A stretch of 64,000 bases of DNA from Eledone cirrhosa (Eukaryota): the NCBI GenBank assembly GCA_964016885.1, contig OZ024762.1, positions 6,882,001 to 6,946,000 on the forward strand. Direction: 5' to 3'. Under the pieces are notes generated by a model. The model was not told the DNA's origin. It saw only the letters and a program-made list of their open reading frames with translations, and did not search any database. Below, piece by piece: positions 41,868 through 52,831 of this stretch. The stretch's first letter is position 1. Every line of letters starts with the position of its first letter. Position numbers and translations under genes: made by a program.

Positions 41868-43023
41868 TAAATAACATAATGTTATTACTACCCTAAGTAT
41901 TGAGTACTCTGGTGCGTTATGGTCCATCTGGTTCCTTACCACACCTCCTTTGTTATATATATATATATAGAGAGAGAGAGAGACATGTATATCGAGAGGG
42001 AAATGAGGGTAGAAGTGGGGAAAATAGTGATTACATTCACGATGCTGTGGAAATATTGGTCAATTTTGTCCATGTAATGTGCAAATAAAATTCCTTGTCC
42101 GTCCGTTATTGGATGAAGTGAGAGAGGGCCTCTGTTCTAGGCCTTTGGGTGAAATGCAGGCTGTTGCAGGAAAATAAGGGGTTTTACGTTGCTTTTAGTC
42201 CGTTTATTTATCCTGTCGAAAGTTTGTTCATAATGTTAAGTCCAGCACTGGTAGGGATATCCAATATATGTAATCAGTCCCCACGGTAGAGGGAATTTCC
42301 AGGTGTAGTTGACAGCTGGGGCCTCCACTTCTTCATATATATTGGTTACACCATAAAGCGCTCAACATTTAAGAGCTAAATTCTTATGGTAAATATTGAT
42401 GCAAATCATATACAATATATATACATATATATATATATAATTGGATATATGAGATTCCCTTCTTTGAGCTATTTAATTGTAAAAGACTATTTTGAGTTTA
42501 TAACTCAATCTATGATACATATATATATATATATATATATATATGATTCCACAGTTTACTCAGCTGTAGAAATGAGATGAGAGGGACTGGGGTCTCTATC
42601 ATTCCCCTGCAAAGTGGTCGTGGAGTTGCCACGGCAAAAAAGCACCCAGCCCACACTGTAAAGTGGACATGTAGGTGCCACGGCAAAAAAGCACCCAGCA
42701 CTCACTGTAAATGAGGTTGGTGTTAGGAAGGGCATCCAGCTGTAGAAATCAAGCCAGAATCAGTTCCCGTCCCACCCTTGCAAGCAGGGAAAAGCGGACG
42801 TAAAATGAAATGATGATGAAATGAAATGATTCCATCAAAAGGTAAGTGACCCATGGATGGATAGTTAGAGGAAGATGATGTGTTCCACAATGTTTCAATG
42901 TTCCAAGACACACCATAGATATAAAAGTAATTGTAGTAAGACCAAAGACAACTTCTTTGATTCTAGATTCAATGCTACTCCAATCTGTTGTTACATTTCG
43001 CTTTCTCAACAGATTCATTTCTT

Positions 43024-43054
<31 letters not shown>

Positions 43055-43189
43055 TTGCAGTTTTCTGTTTCTGCTAGAATGGTTTCTGCTAGAATGGTTT
43101 CTGCTAGAATGGTGTCTTGATTCAGTAATTCTGATGAAACCATTCTTTTCCCCTGTATGTCTGTTTGTGTGTGTTATATTACTTGGCTG

Positions 43190-43780
43190 TGTTAAACCTT
43201 TCTTGTGTGTTTGTTAAACTTCTCCTCTGTGTATTTGTTTGTATTACTTAGTTGTGTTTAATTTCTCCTCTGTGTGTGTTTGTTAAACCTCTCTTGTGTG
43301 TGTTAAACTTCTCTTGTGTGTGTTAAACCTCTCCTCTGTGTGTGTTTGTTAAACCTCTCCTCTCTGTGTTAAACCTCTCCTGTGTGTGTTAAACCTCTCC
43401 TGTGTGTGTTAAACCTCTCCTGTGTGTGTTAAACCTCTTTTCTGTGTGTTAAACCTCTCCTGTGTTTGTTAAAACTCTCTTGTGTGTTAAACCTCTCTTG
43501 TGTGTTAAACTTCTCATGTGTGTGTTAAACCTCTCCTGTGTGTGTTAAACCTCTCCTGTGTGTGTTAAACTTCTCTTGTGTGTGTTAAACCTCTCCTGTG
43601 TGTGTATTAAACATCTCTTGTGTGTGTTAAACCTCTCCTGTGTGTGTTAAACTTCTCTTGTGTGTGTTAAACCTCTCCTGTGTGTGTGTTAAACATCTCT
43701 TGTGTGTGTTAAACCTCTCCTGTGTGTGTTAAACCTCTCCTGTGTGTGTATGTTAAAGCTTGTGTGGGTGTTAAACTGAT
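43190..43780. repeat. Minisatellite of about 20 bp, GTTAAACCTCTCCTGTGTGT
   Basis: More than 25 units are visible. Confidence 0.92.
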
Positions 43781-44445
43781 GGTGTGTGTGTGTATATATG
43801 TGTTATATTTCTTGTGTGCATGTTAAAACTCATCTGAGTATGTGTGTGTGCGTGTGTGTGGTTTAAACTTCTTGTATATGTATTAAAGCTTTCAAAGAAG
43901 ATTTTATCAATTTTTCTGCGTGGATCACTTCGTTGTATCACCATTGATCAGGAGTTTCTGAAGCATCCAACTATAAAGGAGACGACAAGAAAACATGGAA
44001 CACACAAGATACACTCACACACAGGCACACACTCACACACACAGGCACACACACACACACACTCACACACAGGCACACACTCACACACACAGGCACACAC
44101 ACACACACTCACACACAGGCACACACTCACACATATAGATACACACACATAGATATTCACTCACACACAGGCACACACACACACACACACACATATAGAT
44201 ACACACACACAGATATACACACACACAGACACACGCACATAGATATACCCAAATACAGGCACTCACACGCAGAGACACATAAATAAACACACATAGAGAC
44301 ACAGACACATAGATACACACACATCGAACACATAATTACACAGATATACACAGACTTACACACACTCACACACATGCTCACACAGTGACATACATACATA
44401 TGGTCACACAGATATATACATATATAGATATAAGTAGAGTCATAC

Positions 44446-44545
<100 letters not shown>

Positions 44546-44679
44546 TCATCATCATCATCATCATCAACATCATCATCATCACCGTTTTACATCCGTTCTT
44601 CCACGCTAGCATGGGTTAGACGGGTTGTTCTGTTGTGGGCAGTGTCTGGTCAGCTGACCTTGTCTTGTTCATACTGGAA

Positions 44680-44731
<52 letters not shown>

Positions 44732-45970
44732 TATCTTTCTTTATCATCATCATCATCATCATCATCACCGTTTTACGTCCGTTCTTCCACGCTAGCATGG
44801 GTTAGACGGGTTGTCCTGTTGTGGACAGTGTCCGGTCGGCTGACCATGCCTTGCTCATACAGGAACTGACCTGGCTTGATTTCTACAGCTGGATGCCCTT
44901 CCTAACACCAACCTCATTTACAGTGAGTGCTGGGTGCTTTTTCGTGGCGCCTACACGTCCACTTTACAGTGTCGGCTGGGTGCTTTTTTGCCGTGGCACC
45001 TCCACGACCACCTTGCGGTGGGGGGTGTGGCGGCATATTGTCTATATGCTTCAGCTTGTACCCATCACCACCACCACCACCACCACAACGACAATAACAA
45101 CAACCACCACCACCACAACCACCACCACCACAACCACCACCATCACTACCACCACCACCACCACCACAACCACCACCATCACTACCACCACCACCACCAC
45201 CACAACCACCACCATCACTACCACCACCACCACCACCACCACCGCAACCACCACCACCACAACCACCACCATCACCATAGCCACCACCACCATCACCACC
45301 ACCATCACCACCACCACCACCACCACCACAACGACAATAACAACAGCCACCACCACCACAACCACCACCACCACAACCACCACCACCACAACCACCACCA
45401 CCACAACCACCACCACCACAACCACCACCATCACTACCACAACCACCACCACAACCACAACCATCACAACAACAACCACGTTTTCTTTCGTTTTTAAATA
45501 TTTTATGAAGAAATTCAAAAAGTATAACTTCTCTTTCTTCTTCTCCTTCTTCTTCTTCTTCTTCTTCTTCTTTACCCCATTGACCTTCACTGATTGATTT
45601 TGCACAAAAATCAATATATATTGATTTCACATCTTTACCCATATATCTCTGACCTTCTCAATATGAATTGGTGGTGGCAATAAAACTACTACTACCGCTA
45701 CTACTACTACTACTACTACTACTATTGCTATCACTACTACTACTACTGCTACTACTGCTACCACTACTACTGCTTCTACTACTACTGCTACTACTACTGT
45801 TACTACTACTACTGTTATTACCACTACTACTGCTACTACTGCTGCTACTACTACTGTTACTACTACTACTACTGCTACTACTACTACTGCTATTACCACT
45901 ACTACTGTTACTACTGCTGCCACTACTACTGTTTCTACTACTACTACAACTACTACTACCACTATTGCTG

Positions 45971-46006
<36 letters not shown>

Positions 46007-46012
46007 TTGCTG

Positions 46013-46045
<33 letters not shown>

Positions 46046-46048
46046 TTG

Positions 46049-46087
<39 letters not shown>

Positions 46088-46440
46088 TTAGTACTATTGC
46101 TGTTGCTCCTACTACTGCTGCTACCACCACCACTACTACTACTACCACTACTACTACTACTGCTACTACCATCACCACCACTACTACTAGTACCACCACT
46201 ACTACTACTAGTATTACATCATCAACAACAACATCTATATCAACAAATAAAAGACAATACACACACACATACACACACACATACACACACACATACACAA
46301 ACACACATACACAAACACACACATACACATACACACACACATACATACACACACACACATACACACACACACATACACACACAAACACACACATATATAT
46401 ATAATCAGAATGGAAGAGATAAAATCCGTTAGAGCATTTC

Positions 46441-46590
46441 TCACAAGAGTACTCTATACTTGGGGTAGTAGAATGGGTAATATAAAAAATTCGTGACCCA
46501 CCGGCTGAGCTCCGGCCGTTTCACCAGCTAGATCCGAACTAGCTTTTGAAACGGCAGGAGCTCAGTCGTCGGTGTCCCGAATTTTTCATA
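46441..46590. mobile_element. Highly diverged family A fold-back element
   Basis: Reads GAGTACTCTATACTTGGGGTAGTAGAATGGGTAAT...GGCTGAGCTCCGGCCGTTTC...GAAACGGCAGGAGCTCAGTCGTCGG. Confidence 0.6.
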
Positions 46591-46690
46591 TATATATATA
46601 TATTTTGTACCGTTTCCTCTCACCCCCTTTTTTCTATATGTCTCTCCGCCACTCCCCTACACACCCTTGGAACTCTCTTCCCTCACACTT

Positions 46691-46726
46691 TTCACCTGAA
46701 GAAGGGCTTATGCCCGAAACGTCGTT
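46691..46726 (+). ncRNA. Minimal hammerhead ribozyme core with weak helix I
   Basis: Reads AC-CTGAAGA-A-GGGC-TTAT-GCCC-GAAA-CGTC-GT. The core is canonical, helix II is 4 bp, helix III is palindromic (ACGT) and the triplet is GUC. Only 2 bp of helix I are evident. Confidence 0.6.
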
Positions 46727-46906
46727 CCCCACTCTCAAGAGCGTGAAACTAATAAACCTTTGTTCGTACTGCCTCTCTGTTTTGTTCCCGTTCAATTTTT
46801 TACTATATATATATATATATATATGGATATTTATATATGGATATATATGGATATATATATATATATATATGGATATATATATGGATATATATATATATAT
46901 ATATAT

Positions 46907-46956
<50 letters not shown>

Positions 46957-47022
46957 ATATATATATATATGGATATATATATATATATATATATATGGAT
47001 ATATATATATATATATATATAT

Positions 47023-47071
<49 letters not shown>

Positions 47072-48179
47072 GGCGTGCAAGTCGCTGAGCACAGACAAAT
47101 TTACTTTCAGCGAGACACAGTATGTTAGAGGACTGACCCCCCCTCCCTCACACCGTAGGATTGGAGCCACGTAAAATAAAGTGTCTTGCTCAAGGACGCA
47201 ATGGACTGGAGAGCGTGAAATAAAGTGTCTTGCTCAAGGACTCAATGGACTGGAACAACATGAAATAAAGTGTCTTGCTCAAGGACACAATTTACTGCTG
47301 GGAATTGAACTCACGACCATACGATTGTGAACCGAACACCCTAACCCCTAAACCACGTGTCCTCACATATCACTACCCTAGAGTCTAGTCTGCCTGGAAT
47401 CCTGAAGCTCATAAGACCAGTGTTTATCCTGATTTATGTGGCATTAAGCGACCGTCCATCGCAGGGTTAGACCTCCACCTATTACTGGTACTCATCTTCA
47501 GCTGAGTATACTGGAGCAACATCAAGTGAAATGTCTTGCTCAAGAACACAACACACAACCTAGTACAGGACTTGAACCCACTGCCACTAGTCTACACTTC
47601 TTAGAATATCACTGCATGTGTCCTTCCGTTGCTTTATTTTAAAGTGACCGGGGGTGTGATTTGAGGGACATTTAGCTGAGGTTTCTAGCTGGTCGAATGA
47701 CCAGCACGAAGATGGTTCTTTTCCAGTCGAGTGTTTAGTGTGTGTGTATGTGTGTGTATGTGGGGGGGGGGTATCAGTACTTCAGTGCAGTAATGGTGGG
47801 ATGGGGGTCATTCAGAGGGAAGAAAAGGGTCAAACTAGACAAACAAAGGAAAACGAATAAAGTAAAAGAAATTAAGAGTTAAATATAACAAAGAAAAAAA
47901 CATAAGAACCCCAAAACTTTTAAGTAGAAGGGGGAGTGGGAGGGGGGAGGAAGTAAAGACGAAGAGGGGAAATAAAGTAGAGAGGAGAGAGGGATGGGAG
48001 AGGGGAGAGAGAGAGAGAGGGAGGAGCGAAGGAGAGAGAAAGAGAGTGGGTAGTGAAGAGGCCATGTGCAGGTATAGTGGTGGCGTGGTGGGGTAGATGA
48101 AGTGTAGCTCTGTTAGTGTGGTCGTGGCTATGTATGTGTATATGTGTCAGTGAGAACGTGTGTGTGTTTGTCATGCACG

Positions 48180-48515
48180 TGTGTGTGAGGGCCACGTGCG
48201 TATCTGTGAATGTGTGTGAGGGCCACGCGAGTATCTGTGGGTGTGTGTGAGGGCCACGCGCGTGTGTGTGGGTGTGTGAGGGCCACGCGAGTATCTGTGG
48301 GTGTGTGAGAGGGTCACGCGAGTATCTGTGGGTGTGTGAGAGGGCCAAGTGTGTATCTGTGGGTGTGTGAGAGGGCCAAGTGTGTATCTGTGGTTGTGGG
48401 AGAGAGCCACGCGTGTATCTGTGGGTGTGTTCGACAATGTCGTGTGTTCGACAATGTCGTGTGTTCGACAATGTCGTGTGTTCGACAATGTCGTGTGTTC
48501 GACAATGTCGTGTGT
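48180..48515. repeat. GAGGGCCAC-TGTG repeats of about 30 bp followed by 17-bp repeats (GTGTTCGACAATGTCGT)
   Basis: Directly visible. Confidence 0.88.
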
Positions 48516-48808
48516 CAGTTTTATATGAAAACGTGTGTAGGATTACACTTGGTGGCGGTAGAAAAGGGTGGAGCTTCTGTGTGTGTGCAGGGACTCTGTT
48601 TGCCTTAGAAATGTGAGGGGGACAAACCAACATTTGTTGATTCTTAAAGGAGCATAAATTACCTATGGTGCCTTTCCCGCACCCTATCACATAAATAAAA
48701 TTTTACGCCAATTAAATGTTATATATTCAAATGAAGTTCAGATATAAAAATAATTGTTTCTACTTTTGACACAAGGCCAGCAATTATTCCACTGTATTAC
48801 TGGTACTT

Positions 48809-48844
<36 letters not shown>

Positions 48845-48847
<3 letters not shown>

Positions 48848-49027
48848 AACCAGTAAGACCCCGACAGCTGAGCTCAAGCCGTTTCGACGGCTAATTGAAT
48901 TAGCCGTCGAAACGGCTTGAGCTCAGCTGTCGGGGTCTTACTGGTTCCTATTACCCACTCTACTACCTCAAGTATTGAGTACTTTGGTGCGTTATGGTCC
49001 ACCTGGTTCCTTACCACATTTCCTTCG

Positions 49028-49030
<3 letters not shown>
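48845..49030. mobile_element. Family A fold-back element
   Basis: Palindrome centred on GGCTAATT-G-AATTAGCC, with TA flanks. Confidence 0.78.
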
Positions 49031-49074
<44 letters not shown>

Positions 49075-49082
<8 letters not shown>

Positions 49083-49242
49083 AATATATTTTGGACCAGC
49101 GAACGAGTTTGACATTAGAAATAGAAGCTTTCGCCGTATTTTTTGACAAATTTCAGCCTAAAATTTCTTTAGTAAAAAAATACGGCGAAAGATTCTATTT
49201 CTAATTTCAAACTCGTTCGCTGTTCCAAAATATATTTACATA
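49075..49242. mobile_element. Family C fold-back element in (TA)n (single-arm copy at about 63150-63225)
   Basis: Inverted arms of about 70 bp (AAATATATTTTGGA.CAGCGAACGAGTTTGA...TTTCGCCGTATTTTT / AAAAATACGGCGAAAG...). They contain GAAAGCT(T/A), an HHR 3'-half-like motif. Confidence 0.65.
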
Positions 49243-49349
49243 TATATATATATATATATATATATAAGTTATTCCGGGTTGAATCGGAGGTAACCACAGT
49301 AAGTAAGGTACTCAATACATAGCAGAGTATAAAAGTTTTAATATACATG

Positions 49350-49400
49350 AGATTCTACAGGACTAGAACTGTTTCATTCTTTAGAAATCATCAGGAATCT
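49350..49400 (-). ncRNA. Type I hammerhead ribozyme (family D, minus-strand copy of an inverted pair)
   Basis: Minus strand reads AGATTC-CTGATGA-TTTCTAAAGAAT-GAAA-CAG-TTCTAGTC-CTG-TA-GAATCT. Helix I is 6 bp, helix III is ACAG/CTGT, and the triplet is GUA. Confidence 0.85.
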
Positions 49401-49426
49401 GGCTTTCCAAAAATTTTCGGAAAGCC

Positions 49427-49477
49427 AGATTCCTGATGATTTCTAAATAATGAAACAGTTCTAGTCCTGTAGAATCT
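49427..49477 (+). ncRNA. Type I hammerhead ribozyme (family D, plus-strand copy of an inverted pair)
   Basis: Reads AGATTC-CTGATGA-TTTCTAAATAAT-GAAA-CAG-TTCTAGTC-CTG-TA-GAATCT. Helix II is weakened by one substitution relative to its partner. Confidence 0.78.
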
Positions 49478-50369
49478 CATCTATATTAAAACTATATATA
49501 TATATAAAGTTAGTCCTTCATCAGTGATCTTCCAACCATCATTGGTATTTCATCGCTTTAAAGACCATATACCTCCGGTTGGTGCGAGCAACGGCTAAAA
49601 AAAGTCGTTGGGACACGTAAATAAAGGGGACACGAGAGTGTAAGCAAACAAAGATGGTGAAGCAACGAAAAGTGAGGAAGAAAGAGTCAAGTCCCAAATC
49701 CATATATATATATATATATATATATAAAGTTATTCCGGGTTCAAGCGGGGGTAACCACAGTAAGTAAGGTACTCAATACATAGCAGAGTATAAATGTTTT
49801 AATATAGAAAAGCTTCTACAGGACTAGAACTGTTTCATTCGTAAGAAATCATATATATAATATAGAAGGTGAGTAATATTGAAGAACAATAAAACTATGC
49901 ATATATCAGATAAGTAGCACTCAACAGTTGGTAGAACTGGAGTATATGTAATAAAGATGAAATAAAAGATGGTTAAAAGAGTTCCATAATTTTATTATAC
50001 GTATTTCGAATACAAAATGATTTTGTATTCGAAATACGTATAATATGGGGATGTGGTGGTGGTGGTGGTGGGGCTGGAGGGGGGGGGGTGTTGACGCCAC
50101 ATCTAGTTGCGCCGGCGGCGGTTTATGATGCTGGTAGTTATGGTGATGGTAGTCGTGAAAGTGATGGCGGTGGTGTTGATGGTGGTGAAAGTGATAGTTG
50201 TAGTGGTGGTGGTGGTGGTGGTGGTGGTGATAGTATTTTTTATTGTTTTTGTGGTGATGGTGGAGGTAGTGGTGGTGTTGGTGGTGTTGATGGTGGTAGT
50301 GGTGATGTTTGGTTGTTGTTGTTGTTGGTGTCGTTGGAGGTGGTGGCGGTGGTGGTGGTGGCGGTGGTG

Positions 50370-51160
50370 GTGTGATGATGGTGATGGTGGTGATGTTTGG
50401 TTTTGTTGTTTTAGTGTTGTTGTTGGTGATGATGGTGGTGGTTGTTTTGGTGGTGGTGGTGGTGGTGGTGTTGCTAGTTGTTGTTTTAGTGTTGTTGTTG
50501 GTGATGATGGTGGTGGTTGTTTTGGTGGTGGTGGTGGTGGTGGTGGTGTTGCTAGTTGTTGTTTTAGTGTTGTTGGTGGTGATGATGGTGGTGGTTGTTT
50601 TGTTGTTGGTGGTGGTGGTGGTGTTTCTAGTTGTTGTTTTAGTGTTGTTGTTGGTGATGATGGTGGTGGTTGTTTTGGTGGTGGTCGTGGTGGTGGTGGT
50701 GTTTCTAGTTGTTGTTTTAGTGTTGTTGTTGGTGATGATGGTGGTGGTTGTTTTGGTGGTGGTGGTGGTGGTGATGGTGTTGCTAGTTGTTGTTTTAGTG
50801 TTGTTGTTGGTGATGATGGTGGTGGTTGTTTTGGTGGTGGTGGTGGTGATGTTTGGTTTTGTTGTTTTAGTGTTGTTGTTGGTGATGATGGTGGTGGTTG
50901 TTTTGGTGGTGGTGGTGGTGGTGGTGTTTCTAGTTGTTGTTTTAGTGTTGTTGTTGGTGATGATGGTGGTGGTTGTTTTGGTGGTGGTGGTGGTGGTGGT
51001 GTTTCTAGTTGTTGTTTTAATGTTGTTGTTGGTGATGATGGTGGTGGTTGTTTTGGTGGTGGTGGTGGTGGTGATGTTGCTAGTTGTTGTTTTAGTGTTG
51101 TTGTTGGTGATGATGGTGGTGGTTGTTTTGTTGGTGGTGGTGGTGGTTGTTTTGGTGTTA
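50370..51160. repeat. Higher-order repeat of about 60 bp built from GGT/GTT triplets
   Basis: The unit GTTGTTTTAGTGTTGTTGTTGGTGATGATGGTGGTGGTTGTTTTGGTGG recurs about 12 times. Confidence 0.9.
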
Positions 51161-51539
51161 GAAAACTATTAACAACATTCAGTCTAGTTGACATTAAAAT
51201 ATCCTATTCCGCTTCTAATTTTCCGATGTCATCTAAAACAATCTGTCATGTTGACGGTCACGAAACCGTTTAGTAATGCAAAAATATGTTAAACTCTCAA
51301 TATAAATATTCTCAACATTCACATTATATATTGATTGCTCTTTTCTTTCGTTTGTACCCAAAAAAGGACCGATCGACTTCCGTCAAATCGGACCGAGGAA
51401 TCAATGTTTCCGTTGGTCTTTCCAGTTGCTAGTACTATCTATCGGTCGCAACTCCAGGTAGAAGGAGCAACGTGAAATAAAGTGTCTTGCTCAAGGACAT
51501 AACGCATCGCCCGGTCCAGGAATCGAACTCAAACTATAT

Positions 51540-51591
<52 letters not shown>

Positions 51592-51630
51592 GATATTAAT
51601 AAATGGAAACTATATTTATAAAACCATATT

Positions 51631-51695
51631 TATTTCATTATACATATTTCAGGGATATCAAATTAAATTATGGTATGCCTTCATCAGACAAAATA
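51631..51695 (-). ncRNA. Type I minimal hammerhead ribozyme (family B)
   Basis: Minus strand reads TATTTTGT-CTGATGA-AGGCATACCA-(10 nt)-TGATATCCCT-GAAA-TATGTATA-ATGAAATA. Helix I is maintained by G-U pairs. Confidence 0.75.
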
Positions 51696-51766
51696 CAATA
51701 TATAACAGTTTTACAAATAAGCTTTGACGTACCCTTTTAAAATGCAACCATTATTTTTGGAAGCCA

Positions 51767-51823
<57 letters not shown>

Positions 51824-51967
51824 AAAGAGTTAAAGACTTTGGTGATATGTAATCAACAAGTGTGATGTGTGTATGTGTATATATGTGAGTGTGGTGTGTG
51901 TATGTGCATGTGTGTATGTGTGTGTATATATATATATGTAAGTGTGGTGTGTGTATGTGCATGTGTG

Positions 51968-52021
<54 letters not shown>

Positions 52022-52181
52022 AGTGTGATGTGTGTGAAGTAGATTCCGACGTTATCTCAGATCTGTTTTGGATACGAAAAAGTTCTGGACATTTCACAAC
52101 AGCTGTCTCTCTCGCTCTCCTCTCTCTGTCTGACTTCCCCCTTCTCTCTCCCTCTCTCTTTGTGATTTGACTGAATACTCT

Positions 52182-52243
<62 letters not shown>

Positions 52244-52262
52244 AACACACACATATATATAT

Positions 52263-52382
52263 AGCAACGAGTAGGACCCCGACGGCTGTCTTCAAGCCGT
52301 TTCGACGGCTGATTCAGTCCAGAATTAGCCGTCGAAACGGCTTGAGCTCAGCCGTCGGGGTCCTACTCGTTCCTATTACCCA
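52263..52382. mobile_element. Family A fold-back element (a further partial copy lies at about 52650-52760)
   Basis: Inverted arms GACCCCGACGGCTG...CAGCCGTCGGGGTC. Confidence 0.72.
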
Positions 52383-52758
52383 TAATTGCAAACGAATCGA
52401 ATATTATTATTAATATTCGAAAACCTCATTACATTTATATATATACCAATTTGAAAGAATGTCCCACGCGGCTAAGATCTTAAGGAATTAATTTTTTAAA
52501 TAGGTGTGCGAAGACAACGGAAAATGGATGATATATATATGTAAAAGGTAAACATAAATAACAACACAATCGGTACAGTATATGGAAGGGATATATTAGG
52601 TTAACGCTTGATATAGCAGATATATATATATATATATGTGTGTGTGTAGGGAAATGTTTAACCCCGACTGCAGAGCTCAAGCCGTTTCGACGGCTATTTC
52701 TGGACGCAGTTCTCTGGTGCGTTATGGTCCATCTCGTTCCTTACCACACTTCCTTCGT

Positions 52759-52831
<73 letters not shown>

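Noticed and set aside
50103-51273. Pro/Thr-rich extensin- or mucin-like ORF and Cys/Gly-rich antisense ORF
   Set aside because: A higher-order triplet repeat open on both strands, with no signal peptide or splice evidence.
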